In this document: positions 50,325 to 62,300 of the stretch, in pieces
How the letters are laid out: the number at the start of each line of letters is the position of its first letter
Numbering within the stretch: the first letter of the stretch is position 1
Origin: Neophaeotheca triangularis
Lineage: Eukaryota
DNA: 64,000 bases
Direction of reading: 5' to 3'
Assembly: GCA_054600435.1 (NCBI GenBank)
Contig: BAAIJX010000016.1
Location: 62,001-126,000, forward strand
Program-made: the position numbers and the translations under genes
Notes under the pieces: model-generated
What the model saw: only the letters and a program-made list of their open reading frames with translations
What the model was told of the DNA's origin: nothing
Database searches by the model: none

Positions 50325-50334
50325 CCGACATCGG
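50325..50334. promoter_or_regulatory. Leu3/LeuB-type site CCG-N4-CGG upstream of LEU2
   Basis: CCGACATCGG, about 110 nt upstream of the LEU2 ATG. Confidence 0.65.
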
Positions 50335-50976
50335 AGCGCTCTCTGCCAAGTATACCACTTCCCCACTTTCGATGAGTGGACGGACAATGTGCTTCCCGTC
50401 GTGGACACATGAGAAGCGCTTCGGCGGCATTTCAAACATACATAGACGAATGTCAGTCAAGCAGACATCTAATGAGCTTGGCTTTACGACTGGTACAGCA
50501 CGATTTCCACTCACCGGTATGTATCGCTGCCAAGTGTCAGGCATCGTGGCCTACTACTGCAACTGGAACTTGTAGTTGCTGGGTAAACTAGACCTCAGTA
50601 TAGAGATTAAGGTAAGGACTATCAGGATCGTTCCGGACTCGAAGCGTGTAGTTATCCCTCTATCCCTCGATAGTCTTGAATCTTTCTTCCCCCTTTCAGC
50701 TTTACTCCCAACCCCTTCACTAGTCTTTACTACCTACCTTTATCCGTCATCTCACCTGGCAATCACTAAAGTGTGTGCTGTATTAAAAAGAAGTGTACCC
50801 AATGCTGTTTAGCCACGAGACAGACATGGCAAGCACAGCGCATCTACACTTGCCCCGGCCTGGCACGGAGTTGCTTCCCTCTAAGCAGTCACCGGGTACA
50901 TTCAACCTAGAACGCCAACCATCTCTTCGACTTCGCGATACAAACGGAGTCTCTCCGTACAATCACACCGCGCGCC

Positions 50977-52229
50977 ATGTTCCGAACCAGAACCTTCCTC
51001 CCTCAACCGGACGACCTGAGCGCAGAGGCACTCCGCAAGAAAGCCCGTTGGATTCGGGACGTACTCGACCCACGGATCGCACAGAATGGTGCCGAAGCCC
51101 TCAAGGCGGACGAGATCCTCACTCTTGACGAATTCCTGCGCAAGCTCCTGACAACGACTATCAACGTCGACGATCTCCGCTACAGTCGCATGCACCTCGC
51201 CGTCTCGGATATTGCTGGATGCGCGACACGTTGGCCGTCTCGCTTGATTGCTCGCTGTAATGCCTTGATCGATGCGTGGGAAGGGCAATTTGGGCCACTG
51301 AAAGCGATGGGTACTCCGTTGTACGAGCCTGGCGGCAGGTTACACGGCATTTGTAAGCCAACGGACTTGAGTCGCGAAAGATTGCTGGTGAACTGGTTGA
51401 AGAATGCAAACGACAAGTTAAGCCCCTCTACGGCGAGGAAAGTTGGGGCTTTGGGGTTTAGACCTGGGGAGTAAGTCGCCATTATTGAAGCCGTTTTTGA
51501 GACCTTAGACTGAGTCAATCGTTACAGCTGGTGGATCCATCCAATGTTCGCCTTTCGAGACGGCATCATCGACTGTGGCGATCCGAAGGGCGAGATCACC
51601 GCGGACTCTCAAGGAGCCTACGCAGTCGTGTTGACCGACCATGACGAGATCGGTCAAGACAATAAGCCTTCTGCGCCCGAACTATTCACGTACAGAGCCC
51701 GCCACAACGACAAAGGACGTTATCGCCTGACAGCTGGGAACGTCGAGTCTCGTCAGCCAGTCCGCATTCTGCGCAATCATACGCTTCGTAGTTTCTGGAG
51801 CCCCAGTGCGGGTATCAGATATGACGGGCTGTGAGTGCAAAAAACCTATCAGCGATCAACCACTTCCCCTCCAGCGCATCTTATACCAAAGCTAATCGCC
51901 TCTGTCTCAGATACAAGGTGATAAGCTGGCGTATTAAGTTCGAACCTACAACGAAGACTATGAGCTACGACATCACCTTTCAGCGCTTGCCAATGCAAGC
52001 GAGCATGGAGGCCGTACTCGCCCGTCCCATGACCGAAGAGGCGGAGGATTATCGAGAGTACAAGCGAATCAGGAAACAGATGCAAGGCGATTTGACACCC
52101 AAACTTCCTTCGAGCGCCAATGCATTGCTCAGCATGGACGGAGAAAACGACATTCAGAACGCATCGGCAGCGGACTTGGTGGCTGTCGACAGCGGCGTGG
52201 ACATATTCCATTTGTCTGAGGAAGGATGA
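50977..52229 (+). CDS. Stand-alone SRA/YDG-domain protein; exons 50977-51470, 51528-51830, 51911-52229
   Basis: GF.PGDWW...AFRDG, GAYAVVL, PVRILRNH...PSAGIRYDGLYKV, F.RLP; the start codon is uncertain. Confidence 0.82.
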
Positions 52230-52926
52230 AGAGAAAATCAATAAAAAATCTTCACCCGATGTCTAGAGTTGGCGGATAAGATGATCGGGATGTGGGAATT
52301 TGGGGGTGCCAGCCTCTTTTTCGTGGGGTTTCCGTGGAGAAAGAAAAGCACTGGCTCGACTGGACCTTGCCGAAGCTTGGACAAGCTTGGGGAAGAAACT
52401 AGGGACGCGGCAGTGCTTACGAAAACGACATCTTTTACCACCACCGGGCACTCATTGCGTGCAGTCGAAGAATACTCGTATTTCGACAGCCACATGTAAT
52501 GCTTCGCGTCCCGGCTACGTCAAGTCGCCGGTATTGTATGAAGACGATGTGTTTGCCGCCTTCTTCGACACATCACCCACATGATTCATATATCCGTGCA
52601 CCCAACGATTAGTAGGCTCCGTATTTTGTACCCACACAATGGCCCGCAGGCGCAGTGTATCCGAAAAACCTTTCCCCCCTTCCACCCAGGGAATCGATAC
52701 CATCCCTCCCACTCGCTCGCCCGCATTATCTCCGCCTCGTGGAGGCTCCCGTGTGGGCGAGTTTGGAATGATTTCGTGGGCCGAGAGGCCCACAGCATCA
52801 GCTTTCGAGATGCCCGTGTAAGTATATAATGAAGAGTCCTTCCTCAACTGTCAGGTCTTTCCATCCCTCCACCCTCTCGTACTTTCTCCATTTCCCAGTC
52901 TATACGCTCGGCTTCCGCCACCGACC

Positions 52927-54789
52927 ATGAGCCACTCAGAGGAAATTGGGCCATCCGGCACAAATGCAAACAATGGCAAAAACAACGAGAAGCACCACAC
53001 AGAATTCTCAGACCAAATCGAGATGAACGACGAGCCTTACGCCAACAAGCCACAACCAGGGCTGCAGCCTCCCGAGCTCGTGGCCAGAATGACCCCGGAG
53101 CAAAGGACCAAAACCGAAGCCGCCCTCACTCGCAAAATCGACATCAGGCTACTGCCAATGATCATCCTCATGTACATCCTCAACTACCTTGACCGGAATA
53201 ACATCGCCACCGCCCGTCTTTCAGGTAACCCCGGCATGCAAGAGGATCTGAACATGGACGACCAGCAGTGGCAGACGGCAGTGTCCATCCTCTTCGTCGG
53301 TTACATTCTCATGCAGATCCCATCCAACTTGTTTCTCAACAAATTCGGAAAGCCGGCCATCTACTTGCCATCCATCATGATCGTTTGGGGGGCCATCTCC
53401 ACCGCGACGGCGGCAGCTTCGAGCTATGGTGGGCTCGTTGCTATTCGTTTCTGCTTGGGTTTCGTAGAGGCTGCGTACTTTCCCGGCTGTCTTTTCTATC
53501 TGAGTTGCTGGTGGGCATATTCCGTTCTCAAGGCAACTACAGCTTGCTAATTTATTCAAGGTATTCTCGCAAAGAGCTGGCACTGAGGACTGCCATTCTG
53601 TACTCCGGCTCGCTCATCTCGGGGGCTTTTGCTGGACTTATCGCTGCCGGCATCACAAGTGGTATGGACGGAAAGTAAGTAAAGCTCCGTTTCTGTCACC
53701 TTGTATTACTGCATGATGTGATTTTGTAATTGCAACACTTGAAGCTAACAGTAAAACAGATCAGGGCTGCCCGCATGGAAATGGTAATATGCGTCCTACA
53801 GGCCGCTTTGTAGAGTGAAAGCTAACAACAAGCAGGTTGTTCATCATCGAGGGCGCTATCACGATAGTAATTGCCGCTGCTGGTTACTTTATCCTCCCAA
53901 ACTTCCCAAACACGACCAATTGGCTCACCGAAGAGGAGCGTCAGCTTGCCATCTGGCGATTACAGGAGGATGTGGGTGTTGAAGACTGGACCGAGGGGCA
54001 GAGCTTCTGGCACGGCATGATCCTGGCATTCAAGGACATCAAAGTCTGGATCCTCATGTTCATGCTTCTATGCATCGTCTCCAGCGCCAGTGTGACCAAT
54101 TGTAAGTACCGACACTCACACTCGAGCTTAGCCCTTTGCGGAGGAAATGCATGAGCTATAAATGAAAAGGTGAAAGCGGAGAAGCTAACACCGCAAAAGT
54201 CTTCCCATCAGTAGTCCAGACGCTCGGATACGGGAACATCAACAGCCTTCTCCTAACGGCACCTCCTTACGTCCTAGCCGTCTTCTGCGCCTTCGCCAAC
54301 GCCCGCCACGCCGACAAAACCGGCGAGCGCTTCTTACACGTCACCATACCGCTGACGGTCGGCATGGCGGCCTTTATCCTCGCGGCAGCCACGACAGCCA
54401 CAGCACCCCGCTACGTAGCCATGATGCTAATGGTGCCGGGAATCTACACGGGTTACGTGATCGTGCTCGCCTGGGTTTCCAACACCATTGCCCGGCCGAG
54501 TGGCAAGCGCGCGGCGGCTCTGGCCGCCATCAACGCCGTTTCCAACTCCGCTTCCATCTACGCGAGTTACATGTACGGCGGCGAGCCGAGATACATTGTC
54601 GCGTTTTCGGTGGACTGCGCTACGCTGTTTTTGGCGATTTGCGCGGCGGCTGTGCTGCGGATCATGCTTGTGCGCTTGAACAGGAAGATGGATCGGGGCG
54701 AGGATGTGGATGGAGTGGCGGGCGGTCACGTTGTGCAGGGCGAGGGGGAGGGAGAGGCTATCCGGCATGGATTCAGGTACTTGGTGTGA
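52927..54789 (+). CDS. MFS anion:cation symporter (Dal5/Tna1-like permease); exons 52927-53510, 53561-53674, 53760-53783, 53836-54101, 54200-54789
   Basis: KIDIRLLP...NYLDRNNI..ARL, QIPSN, RFCLGFVEAAYFPG, WKWLFIIEG, LLTAPPY; TATATAA at ~52823. Confidence 0.93.
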
Positions 54790-55653
54790 TTCTAGTCTAG
54801 CTTCAAAAAGTACGTCAAGTTGTTTAGTGTCAGGGGTATTGACCAGAGCTCGTGAAGAGGCAGTGGAATGTTACCCTGGCGATTTTATTGATAACCACCC
54901 GAGCCAGCTTTCGACACCTTTTTGCTGCTTGCGCGACCACTTGGCTGCCTAACGAATGCTTGCCTGCCCGGAAAGTACGGTCCATGCTACGAGCGACCAG
55001 CAAGCCGTCAAAGAAGATCGAACAGCAACGTTTGACGAGAACCTGGAATGCATAGCTTTCTCGTCAGCAGTGTCATATCCGCGAGTCGCAGGCGCTATGC
55101 AATCCAACAGCAGAATATGCAGAGCGTAATATTGAATGAACTGCGAGCATGAGTGAGTGCCCTTTGATCTGCTGGTGCCATTGTTCGAAGGAAGAGCATG
55201 TCAGCGTGGAACGCCCGCCAGAATGGCAAATGATTTGTCTGCTACCTCCTACACTCGTCAGTTTTTTGCGCAGCTCTAGCAGTATCCTCACCTGTCTTTC
55301 ATATGGTATCCTTTCTGAATGCTCCCTTGCGCTCGAATTATCCTAGATGTCATCTGAATGTAGCAAAGGAGATAATCGACTTTTATGTGCAAAATGTTTG
55401 AACTTGATTGATGGAACGCCGCCCTAACAACAGCTAGTGTACAGACTGCAAATCTGCCATCTACCAAATGCAGATGTAGATCTATCGTCTTTTTGTCCAG
55501 CAGACAGTATTAACGTCCGCCGAAGAAAATCTTTCGCAATCCTTTGCAAGCCATGCGGCGGAAGAAGACCGCCCTCCATAGTCTAAAACGGCTTTTATGC
55601 TTGAAACACCTCCATTTTCACTCAATTCATGCTCTTCATCCTCAACCTCGACT

Positions 55654-56738
55654 CTACTTCGCGATCTCAACACCACCAGTGGCACCAATCACACGCTTGA
55701 TGTCACCGTAGATGGCGAACTGACCAGCAGTGAGGGTACCAACCATGAACAGACGAGCGCCAATACCGCTGTAAGAGCCACGGAAACCGAGCTCCTTGGC
55801 GATCTTGACCAGACGGCTGGTGGTGCCCTCTCCGGGAAGACCCTGGGTCTTGTTGATCATGCTGAGCATGGTGTCGGCGGGCTGGGAGACGAGGGCGGCA
55901 GCGAAACCAGCAATGAGACCAGAGCCCAAGTTGACAAGGGTGTTCATGCCGTTGGTGGCAGTGCTCTTGTCAACGAAGTTCTGGTAGACAGACTCGGCGA
56001 CCTTCTCGTAGACGACGAACTTGGACATGGTGTAGGGGATCTGCTTGAAGCAGATGGGACCGAAGCCGTTGTAGAAAGCACCAACACCCTCGTTCTTGAG
56101 GATCTTGCTGAAGCCGCTGACGAGACCAGTAGCGAATTCGGGCTGAGAGACGAGACGGATACGGGTGGCCTCGAGAGGGCAGAGGGCGATGTCGGCGAAG
56201 AACTCGGCGCAGGCGGAGGAGGCGAGGTAGACGGCGGTACGGTTTTGCGAGGCAGCCTCGTAGCCGAGGAGGGAGATGGATTGCTGCTTGAAGAACTCGT
56301 AACCACCGAACTTGAAGGCACCCTGGAGGAAGTAACCGGCGAAAGTTGGGCCAGCACCGGTGAGAAGGGCACCAGCACCCTCCTTCTGGATGACCTGGCG
56401 GAAACCGCCGATCATGCCACGGTTGTAGGTGATAGGGTCAAGCTGGATACGGGTCTTGACGCTGTGGAGGGAGCGTTAGCTTCTCGTTGAGCGATTCTAT
56501 CCTTTCAATCCTTAATGCCGCTGGATATTTATGTGGGTATTTGCGGAGAGACGTACACATCGACGGGGGTGAGACCACCGTGAGTGAGAGAGCAGCACAC
56601 GGCACCAGCGAAGGCGAAGCGGCTGTAGAGGGCGACACCAGACAGCTTCTCGGGGGTAGCGGCCTGAGTGGCCTGCTTGACGTGGTCCAGCTTGACGCTG
56701 CCCGTCGAGGTCGGGGGAGGGGTGCCTGTTGCGCTCAT
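55654..56738 (-). CDS. MIR1: Mitochondrial phosphate carrier; exons 56738-56557, 56461-55654
   Basis: [63 protein letters not shown]. Confidence 0.96.
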
Positions 56739-58228
56739 TGTGAAGGTGTGATGGGGTGTTGGTAGGGCGGAGGTTGGATGAGTGGAGAGTTGAGGTGGAG
56801 GTGTGGTGGTGGTGTTGTTGTTGTGATGGGTATCTCGAAAGGAAGTTGGAAAGTTGAGCGGGAAAGAGATTTGAAGAGGATCGTCGGATGTCGTCGCTAG
56901 GCAAGGTAGGGGGGAGAGGGAACCTAACCAACCAATGCGGTGCGCTGAGCTGCGCTGCGTCGGAAGCTGAGCCGCAAGAAAATTGTTCGGAGGAAAGCTG
57001 CCCGTGTTGGGAGGTCCGCCAGTCCGCCAAATCCCCTTCTCGCCCAATCAGAGCGGCCGAAATCGCACTGGGTCCCATCTCCGGCGCTTGCGTCTGCCAA
57101 GCCCTGCACTTTGACTTCACTTCATCTGGGCGCCATCAACCGCGCCAGCTTCAGCCCTACCTAGGCATTGTGACAATTGGAACCAATCTACGTATTCCAA
57201 GTGACGAGTCTTTTACCACGAGCAAGTACTCTTCACTGACCTTTTGCTGCCATTTACTCGGTAAGGGCGAAAGCCACGGTGACCCAAGAGTTGGCTACAA
57301 GTATATCGCGCGCTCACTACTGAACGAAACTGACTTGTGTTCTCGGCAATAACACGCAGCTCGCAAAATTAGCCACGAGTCCTCAAGATGCCATCATTGT
57401 AAGGTAATGTTACCGCAGCTCGACCAAGCAAGCTGTAAGAGCCCATCCGTTCGCGAGCAAATCTCGCCGGGAGCACCAAAACCCATCCCTGAGCTAGCGA
57501 GACGCGAATCGAGCTCTTTGATTCGTCCTTCGCCTTGCCACGCTAGCGAAGGGACGAACTTTTGCATCCGGGCGAGATAATACACTGTCATTGTTTTGCC
57601 CTACGCCAACGGGCTTGGGCTCAATGGCTTAGGTTGCTCAAGCTGCTCGGGGTGTCAAGTCAAATTCAGGAAGCATCGCGCCCGCCGAGATGTAGAACCA
57701 ATCGTGTCAGAATGCAAAAGATGTGCGGACTTCACGATCCCGGCGAGCTCCTTTTGACTCGGAAGCCGCCTCAAGTTGGTAGAATGCGCGACAGGTTGGA
57801 GGCTCGAAGCGTGGAGTAAGGCGCCGGGATGCGAAATATTCGTCCCTCAGCCAGCGTGAAGACTATTTGGTGCCCAAGGCCGCATATTTGCTTCGGCGCT
57901 AGCTAAGGGACGGATTTTGGAATCCCGGCGGCGATTTTTACGGCTAAGAGAGGGGGATCGATTCTTAAAGAGAACCGTTTGGAAGGAGCTCGGAGCGGTC
58001 GGTCAGGGGCAGGTTGCGTGCAACACACCGGCGGAAGCGCCGGGAGGTCTCGAACCCCATCATTAGCTAGTGTGAGTAGCATCAGAAACGATAATCAGTA
58101 CAATGCACCTTGCTCTTTGTTCGCAATTTCCACGACAACTTATGAAAGGAAGCGCAAGCTTCAACAGCCTGACCAAACAAAGCAGTTGCCCATTACTACC
58201 TACACAACAATCTCACGCCGCCGTCCCT

Positions 58229-59119
58229 TCACTTCCCGTCCTGTGCCTCACCAGCAGGCACTTGCATACCATGCTTACCCCTATAATCCGGCGGCGAAGG
58301 CTGCTCCCAACCCCGCAGAATCTCAGCCTCATCTCTCAGCTTCCAAACCTCCACCTCAAGCGGGCGACAACACTCTAACATACTCTTGCCCTCCTTCCCC
58401 TCCCCCTCCCCCCAACCCCACGAACTCAGATCCCCACCGGGACAAGTACTAAGCGCCACCAGCAAATCCACTTCAGCGAAAAACTCGATATAATCCCCCT
58501 TTCGAGCAGGGCTGGCTTCCATAAAGTACCGCCCCCGCTCGTCCAAGCCCGTGACCTGAAAGACATTCAGAACATCGTGCACGTCTGCTTCCGAGAGGCC
58601 GTAGTCCATGACCGCCCGCGTGAGGTTCGAGTGGCATTGGAAATCATACTCGTCGCCGGTGAGCATCTTGTTGACGTAGGGGTCGCACCGCGTGCCGAGT
58701 AAGTCATGGCAGCGACCGCCGAACTCATCCTTACCATAGCCGGTTTCCCCGCCGAGGGTGTCGGCGATGATAGTCGCCAGAGGCCGAAGGTATGGCAGGC
58801 AGGACCACAGCCGATCGTAAGTGCTGACGTGGCTGGCGTGGAGCTGGCGCGTGCGGCTGGCCCAGAAGCGTTCGCGCGGGTTGTGCAGGTTCCAGAGGTT
58901 GAGGTCGCCGACTTGTGGGCCTTGAGGGGTCAGAATGCGGAGGATGTGGCCGGCGGGGACGGGGAAGGCGCGGCCGGAGCGGATGGGGAGGGTGAATTTT
59001 GTTACTGGGGTCGGAGAGCGTGGCGCTTGCGCAATGGTGTTGTAGAAGGAGCGATTGGCGTGAAGAATGCTGTTCGGGCCTGCTTGGTAAGCGGGTAGCG
59101 GTGGTGGCTTGGAGGACAT
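58229..59119 (-). CDS. DUF1989 (urea-carboxylase-associated / YcgI-like) protein
   Basis: GPQVGDLNLWN...ERFWASRTRQLH, HDLLGTRCDPY, CHSNL, DVHDVLNVFQ, LSTCPGGD metal-ligand pattern. Confidence 0.88.
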   Translation of the reverse strand: MSSKPPPLPAYQAGPNSILHANRSFYNTIAQAPRSPTPVTKFTLPIRSGRAFPVPAGHILRILTPQGPQVGDLNLWNLHNPRERFWASRTRQLHASHVSTYDRLWSCLPYLRPLATIIADTLGGETGYGKDEFGGRCHDLLGTRCDPYVNKMLTGDEYDFQCHSNLTRAVMDYGLSEADVHDVLNVFQVTGLDERGRYFMEASPARKGDYIEFFAEVDLLVALSTCPGGDLSSWGWGEGEGKEGKSMLECCRPLEVEVWKLRDEAEILRGWEQPSPPDYRGKHGMQVPAGEAQDGK

Positions 59120-59330
59120 GGTTGCTCGTTGGCAAAGGCCTGCAAGAGGGTTAGTTGTAGCTGGTAGTTGCTATTAGAGGCTTTGCTGTGTTACTGTATG
59201 GTTGGTATGCTTCAAAAACCCCAAGCTCGCGTCTCTACACTGCGGGTGCGGTATCGGTCTTCTGCATACGTCATGCTGCATATTAACTAATGTGCATTAG
59301 AAGTCGTTGGCTCCGTCGTTATCTATAGTG

Positions 59331-59369
59331 CTTATATACAAAATCTGCAGCCGTACTGAAGTCGGCTGC
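59331..59369 (-). promoter_or_regulatory. Putative DUF1989 core promoter: GCAGCCG-N9-CGGCTGC palindrome plus TATATAAG
   Basis: Inverted repeat at 59347-59369; TATA box at 59331-59338 on the minus strand. Confidence 0.5.
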
Positions 59370-59382
59370 TTCAACACTGTCC

Positions 59383-62300
59383 TCAAGACCCTTGTCCACC
59401 AGTAGTATTAGAGTCTTGCTGCGCTCCACTGCTCGTTTCCTGTCCGCTCGTGTCGAACATCGACAGCATATCCGGGGTCGGGTAGCTTTCGAACCACGGC
59501 ATCATGCCTAAACCGAGCATGCTCATGTCAACGTCCTGGGACTCGATCATCATGTCGCCAAAGTCAGGCATGGTTGTTGGGGGGAGGTTGTTGTAATCCA
59601 TCAGGGTGATTGGACCGGAGGAGTAAGGGTTGTTGGGGTCGGACATCAACCCTGGTGAGTAGGGGATCACATTGGTCTGGTTGTATGGGGAATTAAGATT
59701 CAGGAGGAGGGAAGCGTCGTTTGTGTCGTTGGAGATGGAGTTACCTGTTGCGAAGTTCGGCATTTGAGGTCTCAGCGAAGAATCTGCCATTTCGGAATAT
59801 CCAGCAGTGTTCGTTGACGAGAGCTTGCTAGAGTGCCCCGGATGATTATGCGTCAAAGTGTTTGATGATCCCGTGCCGGCGGAGGCAGCAAAGTCATTGT
59901 TCTGCCGAGACTTCTGGGCTTCACTGGCGTAGTGCCACGCTAGGTTAGTGTTCGGAGAGTTCATTTGGCCGGTAAGAGTCCACCCAATAGCTGTTCGCGT
60001 GTTAGCTACTGTTCTGCGCGATGCCATTACTTCGACAAGTTACCTTTGCTCGGATCATGACCCGGTGTTTCGGCCGCCTCTCCCAGTGCGGGCATGGCGA
60101 AGTTGCTGCCGACTATTGCGTCGTTGCTCGAAGGACCCCACTCCATCTTGCGCCTCCAGCCGGGCGAAGTGAATGACGGCTCGGGTTTTGGCTGTTCCAG
60201 AGATGACTCGCCTTCCTCTGCCGTATATAATAAGGGGTCTCTAACGCCTTCGAACTTTTGATCAAGAACCGTCAGGATGTACTTTGTCCCTGACCAGTAA
60301 GTTTCCAACGATTGGAGAGCTTTGTAGCACAGCTGATAATGTTGGCTAGCAGCAGTCGCAAGGAGAGAATGTCTGGACAATCGCCTGTGTTCCCGATCGG
60401 TGTTCTGGGGTGGTTTGCTTGTGGACGAACCGGAGCTGGAAGATTTGGAAGAGGTATCTCCACGAGACGGCGGCTGGGTGTCAGAGACGCCAACAAAGCG
60501 ACCAGGGCTTGCCGCGCGTGATTGTGAATTCGATGTTGCTGTTTGTTCGGCTGTTTCCTTCAAGAATGCGCAGGCAGCGATGTAGATTGGTTGAGTCGTA
60601 AAAGGATTGCCAAGATTAGCCTTTGAGTCTATGAGCTGCGAGTAGGACAGAATGTCTGCGATCGTCTTTGCGGATGACATGGAGAGCTGCAAGCTATTGG
60701 GAAACAATTGAAGCGTGCGGCCTTCGAAGGTCTTGAGGAGGGTTGGCCGATGCAAGAGTACGATAAGTGTGTGGAACCAGAAGTGTAGCAGTACAAAGTT
60801 CGTGCCCTCGCCAGCTTTGACATAATGCTGAAAGTTGAAAGCATCGAAATGTAGACGAGGCAGAAGTCCTTGGTAGAAGCTCGTGACCTGGCTTTCCATG
60901 GACGCAAGACGCTTCGGTATATCAGATGTTATGTCGGAAGGCTCCTTGATGGTGTTTAGAAGATCGGCCACACGGCCATAAAGATGCACTATGCGAATGA
61001 GAGCGGGAAAAGGCGTTGGCCAGTCAGAATCTTGATGCTTCTCTTCCAGAGATGGGAAAGATAGCTCGATGTCCTTGTCTCGCAAGGTACTTCTTCGCCC
61101 GGTGCCGGAGGACACTACTCGGTCCAGGAAAAAGACGGCCCAGAAGGTGTCGAATCTTTCTTGTTCAATGGCCCGAAGCTCAGTAGGATCATGGTGATTT
61201 ACGGCATCGTCAATCGCATCCGGAGTTGGGAGTCCTCGACGCGTGGCTACTGGACTCTCATCCGGCGGGGCTCTCTTGACCATCCTTGGTGTTGGTCCGT
61301 CTCGACCGATGTGTCGCAATCCTTCGAGCTTATGAAGCCCCAAGTCTTCTACGAGCCGTATTGCGATTCCAAGATACATCCAAAGTCCACTGTCACGACT
61401 TTCGCCAAACTCGTTGTAAGCTAGAAGCAAGGCTGCCTGTACGGCGGAGACCGTAGGGAAGGTGAACGTCTCGACCAATGCAGTCTTTGCGCGCAGAGCA
61501 AAAGCATGGCCGTAGTCTGAAGGAGAGCCCTTCCGTCTGTCGCTTGTTTGCGCGGTAAGTATCGAATGGGTGGAAAAGCGAGCCGCGAGGGCGCAGACTG
61601 CATCAACCAGTATTGCATCCACCTGTTTCTCTTCCAGATCGCGCAAAAATCGATCTCGTTGCAGAAATGGATAATTGCACCCCACGTGGGTGAAGAAAGT
61701 GTTGGCGAGATGGGTGATGAGCTCGCTGGGTGGCATGCTAGAGGTATCATAGAAGGGTAAATTTAGTGGCGTACGGACTTCCGATTCAACTTTGACTGGC
61801 CCGGTGGCATGGGCGCCTAGACGAGAGTTGTCGCTGCTGCTGCTCTTGTTTTGACCAAGATTTGGCGAGAGCACGCCGCCACTGTCCGTTGACGACTTTG
61901 CTGCGTCTCCGTCTTGCCGCTTGACCTTGACGACCATCTGCTTGAAACCAGGCATGATAGCAGTGGGGCCTAACCATCTAAAGTACGGCATGCGATCCCT
62001 TGGCCTAGAAAAGAGCGAGTCCTGTAGTGGTACTGAATGGGGCAACGTCTGAGGAACGCCTCGCATGGCCTCCGGAGAGAAGGCGCTTGGGTTGTAAGTC
62101 GACGTCGAAGCTGAGGAGACGTTCTGATCTACCTCCAGCCCAGCTGTGGAAGTCGCAGTAGTCTTCGAGCTGCTCTGTTGCGACGTCTCTCCCTGCTTCT
62201 GCTTCTTGTTGGACTCCTGCGTCGAGTTGCGTCGGGCATCGATTTCGGCATTGGCGGAGCTCGCGCGCTTTTGCGCTGCTACCGACCCGGGCTCACTGTA

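Noticed and set aside
55597..56490. 297-aa plus-strand ORF
   Set aside because: Antisense shadow of the strongly codon-biased MIR1.
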